A stretch of DNA of 64,000 nt from Microbacterium sp. Lineage in GTDB: Bacteria; Actinomycetota; Actinomycetes; Actinomycetales; Microbacteriaceae. The stretch's first letter is position 1. Every line of letters begins with the position of its first letter. A model generated the notes under the pieces. It saw only the letters and a list, made by a program, of their open reading frames with translations, was not told the DNA's origin and searched no databases. Position numbers and translations under genes: made by a program. Of this stretch, positions 8,910 to 17,069 are shown in pieces. The DNA lies in contig JAVBUG010000158.1 of the NCBI GenBank assembly GCA_031555515.1, forward strand, positions 1,591 through 65,590, written 5' to 3'.

Positions 8910-11900
8910 TCACTTCTTGACGGTCACCGTGACCGGCGAGGACGCCGTCTCGCCGTTGGGGTTGGTGAACACCGCGACGAGGGTGTGCGTGCCCACCGGC
9001 ACACCGGTGAGCTTCACCGTCGCCCGCTGGGCGGCGGGCGTCGCGGCGGCAAGGGATCCGGAGCCCACCACCGCACCGTCGAGCTCGAACCGGTAGGTCG
9101 TCGCGTTCGTGCCCCACCACAGGTCGGCGGTGGCGGTGAACGCGCCGTCAGCGTCCTTGTTGTCGTGGCTCACGACGGGCTTGCCCGGCGCCGCTGCCGT
9201 CACCTTGACGGTCGTCGACGACGTCTGGGTGGCGCCCTGCGAGTTGATGAGCTCGGCCGTGTACACGTACGTCCCGTTGGGCTTGCCGGCGAACGACGCG
9301 CCGGTGACCTGCGACGTGCCGGTCGCCGTCAGCACCTTCGTGGTGACGAGCTCGCCGTTCTCGTACAGCCGGAAGATGCTGCCCGGCGTGCCCCACCACA
9401 GGTTCATGACCACGTCATAGTTCCCGTCGTGCAGGCCGTACGCCCACCCGCTGGTGTTCGAGAGGGTGCCGGCCCCCGGCTTCGTCTTCGCCGAGTCGGC
9501 CGGCACGACGAGGATCGTCGACGACGTCTCCGTCACGAGCCCTGCGTGGTTGGTCGCCGTGACGGCCACGACCACCTCGCCGGCGAGCCCGGCCAGGTCG
9601 ACCGCGGCGTCGGGCTTCACGGACTCGCCCGCGACCGTGACCTCGATCGAGCGGATGCCGCTCTCGGAGTCGTCGGCCGTGATCGCCAGCTGCAGCGGCT
9701 TGTCGGCCACCACCGTGCCCTCCGGCAGGCCCGCGACGACAGGTGCCGACTCGTCGCCGGCCGGCGCCGCCGTGTACACGATGCTCGCCTGCGGAACCTC
9801 GCCCATCCCCGCACCGAGGTAGTAGCTCGTGTGCGGCGGCTGGTTGTAGGCGCTGTTCTGCGACGCGATCGACTGCCGGTATTGCGAATCGTGCATCAGG
9901 GTCGGGATGCGCTCCTCGGTGACGTCGGTCGTCGTGTACACCCGCAGGGCGTCACCGGCGTCGGTGCGCACGATGAGCTCCTCGCGCCAGTCGCCGAGGA
10001 TGTCGGCCTGCAGCGACGGATTGCCCTTCGTCGTGTTGTTGGTGAGCGTGCCGTCCAGTCGGGCGACGAGCTCGGCGCTCTTGGTCGCGGGGTTCCACTT
10101 CGAGATCGTCGGGACGCCCGTCGCGGTGGCGTCGGTGTAGTCGTGGTCGAAGATCTCCTGCGAGAGGTCGCCGTCCCAGTTGAGGACGAAGTTCGCGGCC
10201 GGGATCGAGGTCGACAGCAGGTCGCCGTGCTCGGACTTCAGCGAGCCCGTCGGCGAATTCCACACGTTGCTGCCGATGTTCCATGCCTCGGCGCCGGGAC
10301 TCGTCGGATCGATGTCACCCGCCGCTCCTCGACCGGTGTCGGTCGTGGCCGCCGTCTTCCAGATCACCTCGCCGGTCTCGGCATCCCGCATCGTGGCGCC
10401 GATGCCGCCGTTGCCCGAGACGTCCTCGTGCACGGCGAACACCTCCAGCCCCGCACGGTCGGTGACGAAGTCGCTGACGTGCAGCGCGTCGCCGTGGCCG
10501 AGGCGCGTGTTGTAGAGCACGGTGCCGTCGTCGTCGATGGTCATCGAGCCGAACACGATCTCGTCGAGTCCGTCGCGATCGACGTCGGCCGTCACGAGCT
10601 GGTGGTTGCCCTGACCCTCGTACTGCTTGCCGGCGACATCCGAGTCGAACTTCCACCGCTCGACGAGCTCGCCGTCGTTCAGGTCCCACGTCGTGATGAC
10701 GGTGCGGGTGTAGTAGCCGCGGCTGAACACGAGGCTCGGGTGCTCGCCGTCGAAGTACCCCACGCCCGCGAGGAACCGGTCGACCCGGTTGCCGTACGCG
10801 TCGCCCCACGCGCTCACGCTGCCGCGGGGCGGGTCGTACGGAACGGTGTCGATGACGCCGCCGGTGCGACCGTCGAAAACGCTGAGGTACTCGGGTCCGC
10901 TCAGGATGTACCCCGACGAGTTGCGGTAGTCGGCGTTCGCGTCGCCGATGACCTTGCCGGTGCCGTCGGTCGTGCCGTCGGCGGTCTTGAACGACACCTC
11001 GGCACGGCCGTCGCCGTCGAGGTCGAACACGATGAACTGCGTGTAGTGCGCGCCGGCGCGGATGTTCACACCGAGGTCCATGCGCCACAGCCGCGTGCCG
11101 TCGAGCTTCACCGCGTCCATGTAGACGCGACCGGTGTAGCCGGACTGCGAGTTGTCCTTCGAGATCGAGGGCGCCCACAGGAAGACGACCTCGTACTGCC
11201 CGTCGCCGTCGAGGTCGCCGACGCTCGCGTCGCCGGGGGCGTACGTGACGGTCTGCCCGTCGGGCAGCGTGACCGGTGCCGGCTTGTCGAGCGGGATGTC
11301 GAAGAACTGGTCGGCCCGCACGCCGAACTCGTCGGTGACGGTGACCTCGCGGTCGCCGATGAGGGCGGTCACGAAGTACGTCGAGTCGGCGGTGCCGTCG
11401 GCGTCGACGAAGTCGGTCGAGCCGGTGATCGGCTGGTCGGTGATGCGCACGCCGTCGCGGTACACCTGGAAGCCGAGGTCGCGGTCGTCCAGGCCCAGCA
11501 GACGCCAGCCGAGGTAGACGCCCTGGTCGACCTTCACTGCCACGGGCGCGCGGTCGAGGTACTCGACCTGGCGGACGAGCGTGGTCGCGACCGCCGTGCT
11601 GTAGACCTCGGACTCCGCCGACGACCCGCCGGCGTTGAGCGCGACGAGCTTGTACAGGTACGGGCGCGTGGTGAGAACGTCGCCGTCCGTATAGGTGGGC
11701 TGGTCGACGGTCGCGACGAGCTGGAACGGCAGATCGGCGCGCGTCGACCGGTACACCTTCCACAGCTCGGTGTCGCCCGGATCTGTCCACGCGAGGGTGA
11801 GCGAGTTCCGCTCGATCGCGGCGGTCGCGATACCGCTCGGCGTGGCGGGTTTCGCGACGGACGCGTCGACGACCGCGGCCGCGACCCGGTCGCCCTGCCG

Positions 11901-12686
11901 GGACGTGCGGGCGTCCTTGATCGTCGCGACGGCGTACTCGTACGACTCGCCGAGCGCGACGCCCGTGTCGGTGAAGGCGGTGTCGCCGGTCGTGCGGCCG
12001 ATCTCGGCGAGCTCGCCGCCGGGCGCCGCGCGATACACGGCGTAGCCGGTGGCGGCATCGACGGCATCCCACGCGAGCGAGACCGAGAGGTCACCCGTCG
12101 CGTGGACGCCGGTCACCGCAAGACCGGCCGGCGCGGCGAGCTGCGACTGCACGCGGATGCCGTTGACGCGCCCGTCGCCGCCGGTGACGCGGATGTTGAG
12201 CTGACCGTCGGCGACCGTGACAGCCGGGAAGTAGTGCTCGTCGATGACCCCCGTCGTGGTGCGCGGGCCCGCATACGCGGTGCCCTCGACGTCCCAGGCG
12301 GTGTTGTTGCCGGCGATGAGGTCGCCCGCCCACGTCGTCACCTCGTACGTGCCATCGGGAACATCGACGGCGAACGCCTGCGTATTGCCGATGGTGAAGT
12401 CTCGTGCGACGACGTTGTCGCCGCCGCGGTCGCGGAACCCGTTCGACGCGGGCGCCGTCGTGAAGCCGTAGCCGGTCGCAGCGGAGTACGCACTGCCGGG
12501 GTTGATGCCGATCCAGCCGCTCACGACCGGCGTGGACGGCCCGCCGAAGTCGAACGACAGGTCGACGGGTGACGTGGTCGCGGCCGCCGCCGGTGCGGCG
12601 GTGGCGAGGAGGCCGACGACGAGGGCGGCGCCGGTGAGCGCGGCGGTGCGCCGGCGCCAGGGGGACATGCGCGATGAGGAACGCAC
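8910..12686 (-). CDS. Secreted rhamnogalacturonan lyase (PL11, YesW/YesX-like) with FN3/Ig-like accessory domains
   Basis: Signal peptide; LGVNIRAGAHYTQF, DLDGDGRAE, WGDAYGNRVDRFLA, GQGNH, GHGDALH, DILGDWREE, AYNQPPH; RBS AAGGAG before GTG. Confidence 0.9.
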   Translation of the reverse strand: MRSSSRMSPWRRRTAALTGAALVVGLLATAAPAAAATTSPVDLSFDFGGPSTPVVSGWIGINPGSAYSAATGYGFTTAPASNGFRDRGGDNVVARDFTIGNTQAFAVDVPDGTYEVTTWAGDLIAGNNTAWDVEGTAYAGPRTTTGVIDEHYFPAVTVADGQLNIRVTGGDGRVNGIRVQSQLAAPAGLAVTGVHATGDLSVSLAWDAVDAATGYAVYRAAPGGELAEIGRTTGDTAFTDTGVALGESYEYAVATIKDARTSRQGDRVAAAVVDASVAKPATPSGIATAAIERNSLTLAWTDPGDTELWKVYRSTRADLPFQLVATVDQPTYTDGDVLTTRPYLYKLVALNAGGSSAESEVYSTAVATTLVRQVEYLDRAPVAVKVDQGVYLGWRLLGLDDRDLGFQVYRDGVRITDQPITGSTDFVDADGTADSTYFVTALIGDREVTVTDEFGVRADQFFDIPLDKPAPVTLPDGQTVTYAPGDASVGDLDGDGQYEVVFLWAPSISKDNSQSGYTGRVYMDAVKLDGTRLWRMDLGVNIRAGAHYTQFIVFDLDGDGRAEVSFKTADGTTDGTGKVIGDANADYRNSSGYILSGPEYLSVFDGRTGGVIDTVPYDPPRGSVSAWGDAYGNRVDRFLAGVGYFDGEHPSLVFSRGYYTRTVITTWDLNDGELVERWKFDSDVAGKQYEGQGNHQLVTADVDRDGLDEIVFGSMTIDDDGTVLYNTRLGHGDALHVSDFVTDRAGLEVFAVHEDVSGNGGIGATMRDAETGEVIWKTAATTDTGRGAAGDIDPTSPGAEAWNIGSNVWNSPTGSLKSEHGDLLSTSIPAANFVLNWDGDLSQEIFDHDYTDATATGVPTISKWNPATKSAELVARLDGTLTNNTTKGNPSLQADILGDWREELIVRTDAGDALRVYTTTDVTEERIPTLMHDSQYRQSIASQNSAYNQPPHTSYYLGAGMGEVPQASIVYTAAPAGDESAPVVAGLPEGTVVADKPLQLAITADDSESGIRSIEVTVAGESVKPDAAVDLAGLAGEVVVAVTATNHAGLVTETSSTILVVPADSAKTKPGAGTLSNTSGWAYGLHDGNYDVVMNLWWGTPGSIFRLYENGELVTTKVLTATGTSQVTGASFAGKPNGTYVYTAELINSQGATQTSSTTVKVTAAAPGKPVVSHDNKDADGAFTATADLWWGTNATTYRFELDGAVVGSGSLAAATPAAQRATVKLTGVPVGTHTLVAVFTNPNGETASSPVTVTVKK

Positions 12687-12744
12687 GGATCTCCTTCGAT
12701 CTGGTCGACGGCAGGGGACGGTGTGGGGAGCCGTTCGACGGTGC

Positions 12745-12795
12745 GGAAAGCGCTTCCTGTGGAAACGCTGCCATCCTGGCTGGAAAGCGCCTTCC
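12745..12795. promoter_or_regulatory. Three LacI-family operator-like sites
   Basis: GGAAAGCGCTTCC (12745), TGGAAACGCTGCCA (12760), TGGAAAGCGCCTTCC (12781): palindromes with central CG. Confidence 0.65.
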
Positions 12796-12936
12796 GCGTC
12801 AAGGGGCGTCCGGCCGAATCGCTCGAGTCGGCATCCGACGACCTCAGAACCGGAGTTCATCCGGGTTCGCACGGGACTTCTGCGGTAGGTTCGGCTAAGG
12901 TGACTGACGGCCTTGTCCCCTCCGTGAGGAACTCCC

Positions 12937-12966
12937 TTGAAGCTGATCGACGCGACCGCGCTGTAA
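12937..12966 (+). CDS. Putative leader peptide (uORF) MKLIDATAL
   Basis: GAGGA RBS, 6-nt spacer, TTG start, TAA stop; in the ~200-nt region upstream of the ABC-F gene. Confidence 0.45.
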   Translation: MKLIDATAL

Positions 12967-13114
12967 TCGCGCTGCTCCGTCGACTCTCGACGCACCAGCG
13001 CTTGAACAACTTCGCGCTGCCGTCGATCCGCCGCTTCTTCACCCCGCTCCGGCATGCCCGGGCGACGCCTGGGCGGCCCCTCGGTGTCAGCGCACGTCTG
13101 ACCAAGGAGGCCTC

Positions 13115-14797
13115 ATGCCCGCTCACACCCTCACCCCTGCCATCGTCCTCGACCGCGTCTCGTTCGCCTGGCCCGACGGCACCACCGCCCTGTCGGACGT
13201 CTCCGGCTCGTTCGGCACCGGCCGCACCGGCCTCGTCGGCCGCAACGGCTCCGGCAAGTCCACACTCCTGCGGCTCATCGCCGGCGAACTCACGCCGTCC
13301 GGCGGTCACATCGCGGGAGCGACGGATGCTGCGTACCTGCCGCAGCGGCTGACGCTCGACGTCGACCGTCCCGTCGCCGACCTGCTCGGCGTGGGCGACA
13401 CGCTCCGGGCGCTGCGCGCCATCGAGTCCGGCGATGCCGACCCGCGTCATTTCGACGCAGTCGGCTCCGACTGGGACATCGAGGCGCGTTCGCACGCCGC
13501 GCTCGCCGAGGCCGGTCTCGTCCCCGACATGCTCGACCGCAGCGTCGGGCAGCTGTCGGGCGGCGAGGCGGTGCTCACGGCGATCGCCGGCATCCGGCTG
13601 CGCGGGGCGTCGATCGCACTGCTCGACGAGCCCACCAACAACCTCGACCGCGAGGCGCGTGCACGTCTGCACGACATGGTGCGCTCATGGCGCGGTGCGC
13701 TGATCGTGGTCAGCCACGACACGTCACTGCTCGAACTGATGGACGACACCGCCGAGCTCTACGCGAACGAGCTGTCGGTGTTCGGCGGCCCGTACTCCGA
13801 GTGGCGCGCGTGGCTGGATGCCGAGCAGGGCGCCGCCCGCGATGCCGAGCGCGCCGCCCGGCAGGCCGTCAAGCGCGAGAAGCGCCAGCGCATCGAGGCC
13901 GAGACGACGATCTCGCGCCGCGCGGCGATGGGGCAGAAAGCGTTCGACGAGAAGCGCGTGCCCAAGATCGTCGCGAACGGACGCCGTATGGCGGCCCAGG
14001 TGTCGGCGGGCAAGCTGCGCGGCGAGAAGGCCGACCGCGAGGCATCCGCCCGCGAAGCGCTCGACGCCGCGGAGCGCCGCGTGCGCGACGACGACATCGT
14101 GAAGATCGACCTGCCCGACCCCGGCGTGCCCGCGGGCCGCCGCATCGCCACCCTCGGCGACGGCGAGCGCTCGTGGATCATCCAAGGCCCCGAGCGGGTC
14201 GCGCTGATCGGCCCCAACGGCGCCGGAAAGACGACGCTGCTCGAGCGGCTGGTCGCTCCCGCCGCACCGGTTCCCAACTCAGGATCGGCGGAGTCCGACG
14301 CCGCGGGCACTCCCGGAATGGCGGGGGACGCGCCGGAGCCGGACGCACCGATCCTGAATTCGGTACATGGTGAGCTGCACACCGACCGGGTCGGCTACCT
14401 CCCGCAGCGCGTGGACGGACTCGACGACGCGGCATCCGTCCTCGACAACGTCGCGCCGTCCGCGCCGAACGTGACCATCGTCGAGCTGCGCAACCGGCTC
14501 GCACGGTTCCTCATCCGAGGGGCTGCCGTCGAGCGTCCGGTCGGGACGCTCTCGGGCGGCGAGCGGTTCCGCGTCGCGCTCGCGCGGCTCATGCTCGCCG
14601 ATCCGCCGCCGCAGCTGCTGGTGTTCGACGAGCCGACGAACAACCTCGACCTCGACACGGTCGATCAGCTCGTCGACGCGATCGCGGCCTACCGCGGCGC
14701 GGTGCTCGTCGTGAGCCACGACGACGCGTTCCTCGAACGCATCGGCGTGAGCCTCGTGCTCGAGCTCGACCGCGACGGCACTCTGACCGAACGCTGA
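13115..14797 (+). CDS. ABC-F family ATP-binding protein
   Basis: Two ABC domains (GRNGSGKST/LSGGE/LLDEPTNNLD and GPNGAGKTT/LSGGE/FDEPTNNLD), no TM segments. Confidence 0.9.
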   Translation: MPAHTLTPAIVLDRVSFAWPDGTTALSDVSGSFGTGRTGLVGRNGSGKSTLLRLIAGELTPSGGHIAGATDAAYLPQRLTLDVDRPVADLLGVGDTLRALRAIESGDADPRHFDAVGSDWDIEARSHAALAEAGLVPDMLDRSVGQLSGGEAVLTAIAGIRLRGASIALLDEPTNNLDREARARLHDMVRSWRGALIVVSHDTSLLELMDDTAELYANELSVFGGPYSEWRAWLDAEQGAARDAERAARQAVKREKRQRIEAETTISRRAAMGQKAFDEKRVPKIVANGRRMAAQVSAGKLRGEKADREASAREALDAAERRVRDDDIVKIDLPDPGVPAGRRIATLGDGERSWIIQGPERVALIGPNGAGKTTLLERLVAPAAPVPNSGSAESDAAGTPGMAGDAPEPDAPILNSVHGELHTDRVGYLPQRVDGLDDAASVLDNVAPSAPNVTIVELRNRLARFLIRGAAVERPVGTLSGGERFRVALARLMLADPPPQLLVFDEPTNNLDLDTVDQLVDAIAAYRGAVLVVSHDDAFLERIGVSLVLELDRDGTLTER

Positions 14798-14803
14798 CGC
14801 CGG

Positions 14804-14846
14804 GCCGCGGCATCCGTCATCTCCAGAGGGGGACGGATGCTGCGGC
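14804..14846 (+). terminator. Hairpin after ABC-F formed from two inverted GGATGC(T/C)GC motifs
   Basis: GCCGCGGCATCCGTC ... GACGGATGCTGCGGC. Confidence 0.6.
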
Positions 14847-14912
14847 CCACCCCCGCGCGGATCGGGGGCCTGCACCCGTGCGGTGACGCGCCGCCGCGAG
14901 CAGGATGGAGCC

Positions 14913-15095
14913 ATGAACGCACTCGTGAGACCTCAGCAGGGCCGATGGATCGCCGGCGTCTGCGCCGCCATCGCCAACCGCTTCGGGTGGAACGTCACCC
15001 TCGTGCGCATCCTCACCCTGATCGCGGTCGTCTTCTTCGGTCTGTCGCTGTGGATCTACATCCTGCTGTGGATCCTGGTGCCCTCCGAGCGCTGA
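14913..15095 (+). CDS. PspC domain protein
   Basis: LVRPQQGRWIAGVCAAIANRFG ... IYILLWILVP. Confidence 0.9.
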   Translation: MNALVRPQQGRWIAGVCAAIANRFGWNVTLVRILTLIAVVFFGLSLWIYILLWILVPSER

Positions 15096-15134
15096 CCTCT
15101 GGTGCGGCCGGGTTCCCCAGGCCATGATGAACGC

Positions 15135-15317
15135 ATGCATCGCCTGGTCCGCCCGTTAAAAGGGCGCATGATCGCCGGAGTCTGCCAGGGCATCGCCGAC
15201 CGCTTCGGCTGCAGCGTGGTCCCGGTGCGCGTGCTGTGGGTCGGCTCGACCGTGTTCTTCGGCGTCTCGATCCTGATGTACCTGCTGTTCTGGATCCTCA
15301 TGCCCGACGAGCGCTGA
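15135..15317 (+). CDS. PspC domain protein (second copy)
   Basis: LVRPLKGRMIAGVCQGIADRFG ... MYLLFWILMP. Confidence 0.85.
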   Translation: MHRLVRPLKGRMIAGVCQGIADRFGCSVVPVRVLWVGSTVFFGVSILMYLLFWILMPDER

Positions 15318-15326
15318 GTCGGGCGG

Positions 15327-16340
15327 TCAGGGTGCGACGAACGCGGCCGCGAACACCGCGGCGAGCTCCTGCGATGCCCAACCCGCGTCGGGCGCGATCT
15401 CGACGTTCATCGCATTGATGCCGTCGGTCGCTTCGTACACGGCTCCACCCAGGTAGCCGCCCTGGGTCGATGAGAACGCCTGCACGCCAGGCACGGCGAG
15501 ATCCACGGGCGCTCCGAGGTCTGCCCACGGGAGATCCCAAGCGGCTCCGGACTCGAAGACCGCGAGCGCGATCTGGCGCCCCCCGATCCAGAATCCACAC
15601 CAGGTGCGATTGCTCGCGATGTCCGCCAGGGCGGTCGCGGGGCTCGGCGGATCGTGGTAGCCGGCCTCCTCGGCCGTGACCGTGGCGCCCAGGTGCGAGC
15701 CGAGTTCGTCGGCGAGGTCCGCACAGCTCGCCGCGGGCCACCATTGCCCGCGATCCCGCTGCCATCCCAGTCCGGCCTCCGCCGTCCGAGCCGCGATCCC
15801 TGCGCCGATCGCCGCACCGATCCGATCCGCCTCCTCACGACCACGGTCGGGGAGGTCGCTCGAGAAACCCATGACCCAGAGCTCCGGCGACTCCCACTGC
15901 CAGGCGCAGTCCCACTCGCAACGGCCGAAGTAGAAGTCGGACTCATCGTCCGGAAGCCGCGCACCGTCCAGGCCGATCTTCGGAAGGATCGTGACGTTGC
16001 CGGTGACGTGGCCCCCCTGCCATTCGCACACGAGTCCGCCGGCGTTGTCGATCGAACGAGTCCAGGTCTGGTCGCGACGAGCGACCGCGATTCCGTCGAT
16101 CCCGGTGGCAGCGATCAGCTCCGCCGGCGGCACGGCGACCGCGCAATCGCCACCGAACACAGCAAGAGGAGCCTGTCCGCCCGCGATGATCGGTGGCGTC
16201 GGAGTCGGAGTCGGAGCAGGGTCGCTCGATGCTGCCGGATCCGGCGTGGAGATCGCCGAGGGTTCGGCCGCCGGGGTGCAGGCGGTGATGACGCCCAGCA
16301 CTGCCAGGGCAGCGAGAGCGAGAGGAAGGGGTCGTCGCAC
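15327..16340 (-). CDS. Hypothetical lipoprotein
   Basis: Lipoprotein signal ending VITAC, P/T-rich linker, several Cys pairs. Confidence 0.6.
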   Translation of the reverse strand: MRRPLPLALAALAVLGVITACTPAAEPSAISTPDPAASSDPAPTPTPTPPIIAGGQAPLAVFGGDCAVAVPPAELIAATGIDGIAVARRDQTWTRSIDNAGGLVCEWQGGHVTGNVTILPKIGLDGARLPDDESDFYFGRCEWDCAWQWESPELWVMGFSSDLPDRGREEADRIGAAIGAGIAARTAEAGLGWQRDRGQWWPAASCADLADELGSHLGATVTAEEAGYHDPPSPATALADIASNRTWCGFWIGGRQIALAVFESGAAWDLPWADLGAPVDLAVPGVQAFSSTQGGYLGGAVYEATDGINAMNVEIAPDAGWASQELAAVFAAAFVAP

Positions 16341-16472
16341 GGCATCTCCATCGAGGGGTCCAGCGACTCTATCGACCCTCCGACCTCGCACCGCCATCGC
16401 TTCCACAACGATTCGGGAACGGCATGCATCGAGCGGGGCCCGCCTGCCCGGATCGGCCTTGCGGCAGGGCGG

Positions 16473-16958
16473 TCAGGGCTGCTTCTTCTGGCGGCCCGGG
16501 GCGTTGTCGCTGTTGCCGCGGCCGTTGGTCGGCTCCGTGCCCTGGTCGTCGCTCGACGGCGGTGGCGTCTGCGTCGGCGCCGGAGCGGGCACGGTGGGCG
16601 GAACCGCGACCACCGGCTGCTCGGCGGGTGCTTCCGGCTCGGTGGCGGCATCCGTCTCCTCCGCCGGCTCGGTCGTCGGCGTGGAGGACGGCGAGGGTGT
16701 GGCGGGGAAGGACGCCGAAGGCCGCGGCTCCGAGACGGTCGCCGGATCCGCGGGCACCAAGGGGTCCTGGTTCTGCGACGCTCCGAGGATCGTGGTGACG
16801 ACCACCAGGAGCGAGAGCCCCAGCGCACCGCAGAGCGCGCCGAGCCCGAACGTCTGCACGCGTCGCGAGCGCATCCACGACCGGTCGGCAGGCGCCGCGT
16901 CGGCGCGGCGGGTGAGCGGAGCCGGGGCCGTGGGCTCGCTCGAGGGGATCGGTTGCAT
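16473..16958 (-). CDS. Hypothetical single-TM Pro-rich protein
   Basis: MQPIPSSEP..., one hydrophobic helix, P/T/E-rich tail ending GNSDNAPGRQKKQP. Confidence 0.55.
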   Translation of the reverse strand: MQPIPSSEPTAPAPLTRRADAAPADRSWMRSRRVQTFGLGALCGALGLSLLVVVTTILGASQNQDPLVPADPATVSEPRPSASFPATPSPSSTPTTEPAEETDAATEPEAPAEQPVVAVPPTVPAPAPTQTPPPSSDDQGTEPTNGRGNSDNAPGRQKKQP

Positions 16959-17069
16959 CACGGTCCTCGGCGGGATCAGCGTGCCGGGGGTGCACGCACG
17001 CAGGGAGCCTACGCGACGGTCCTGGACGGAACCTGGCCCGATGTCGGCGATCACGACGAAGATGGAGTG

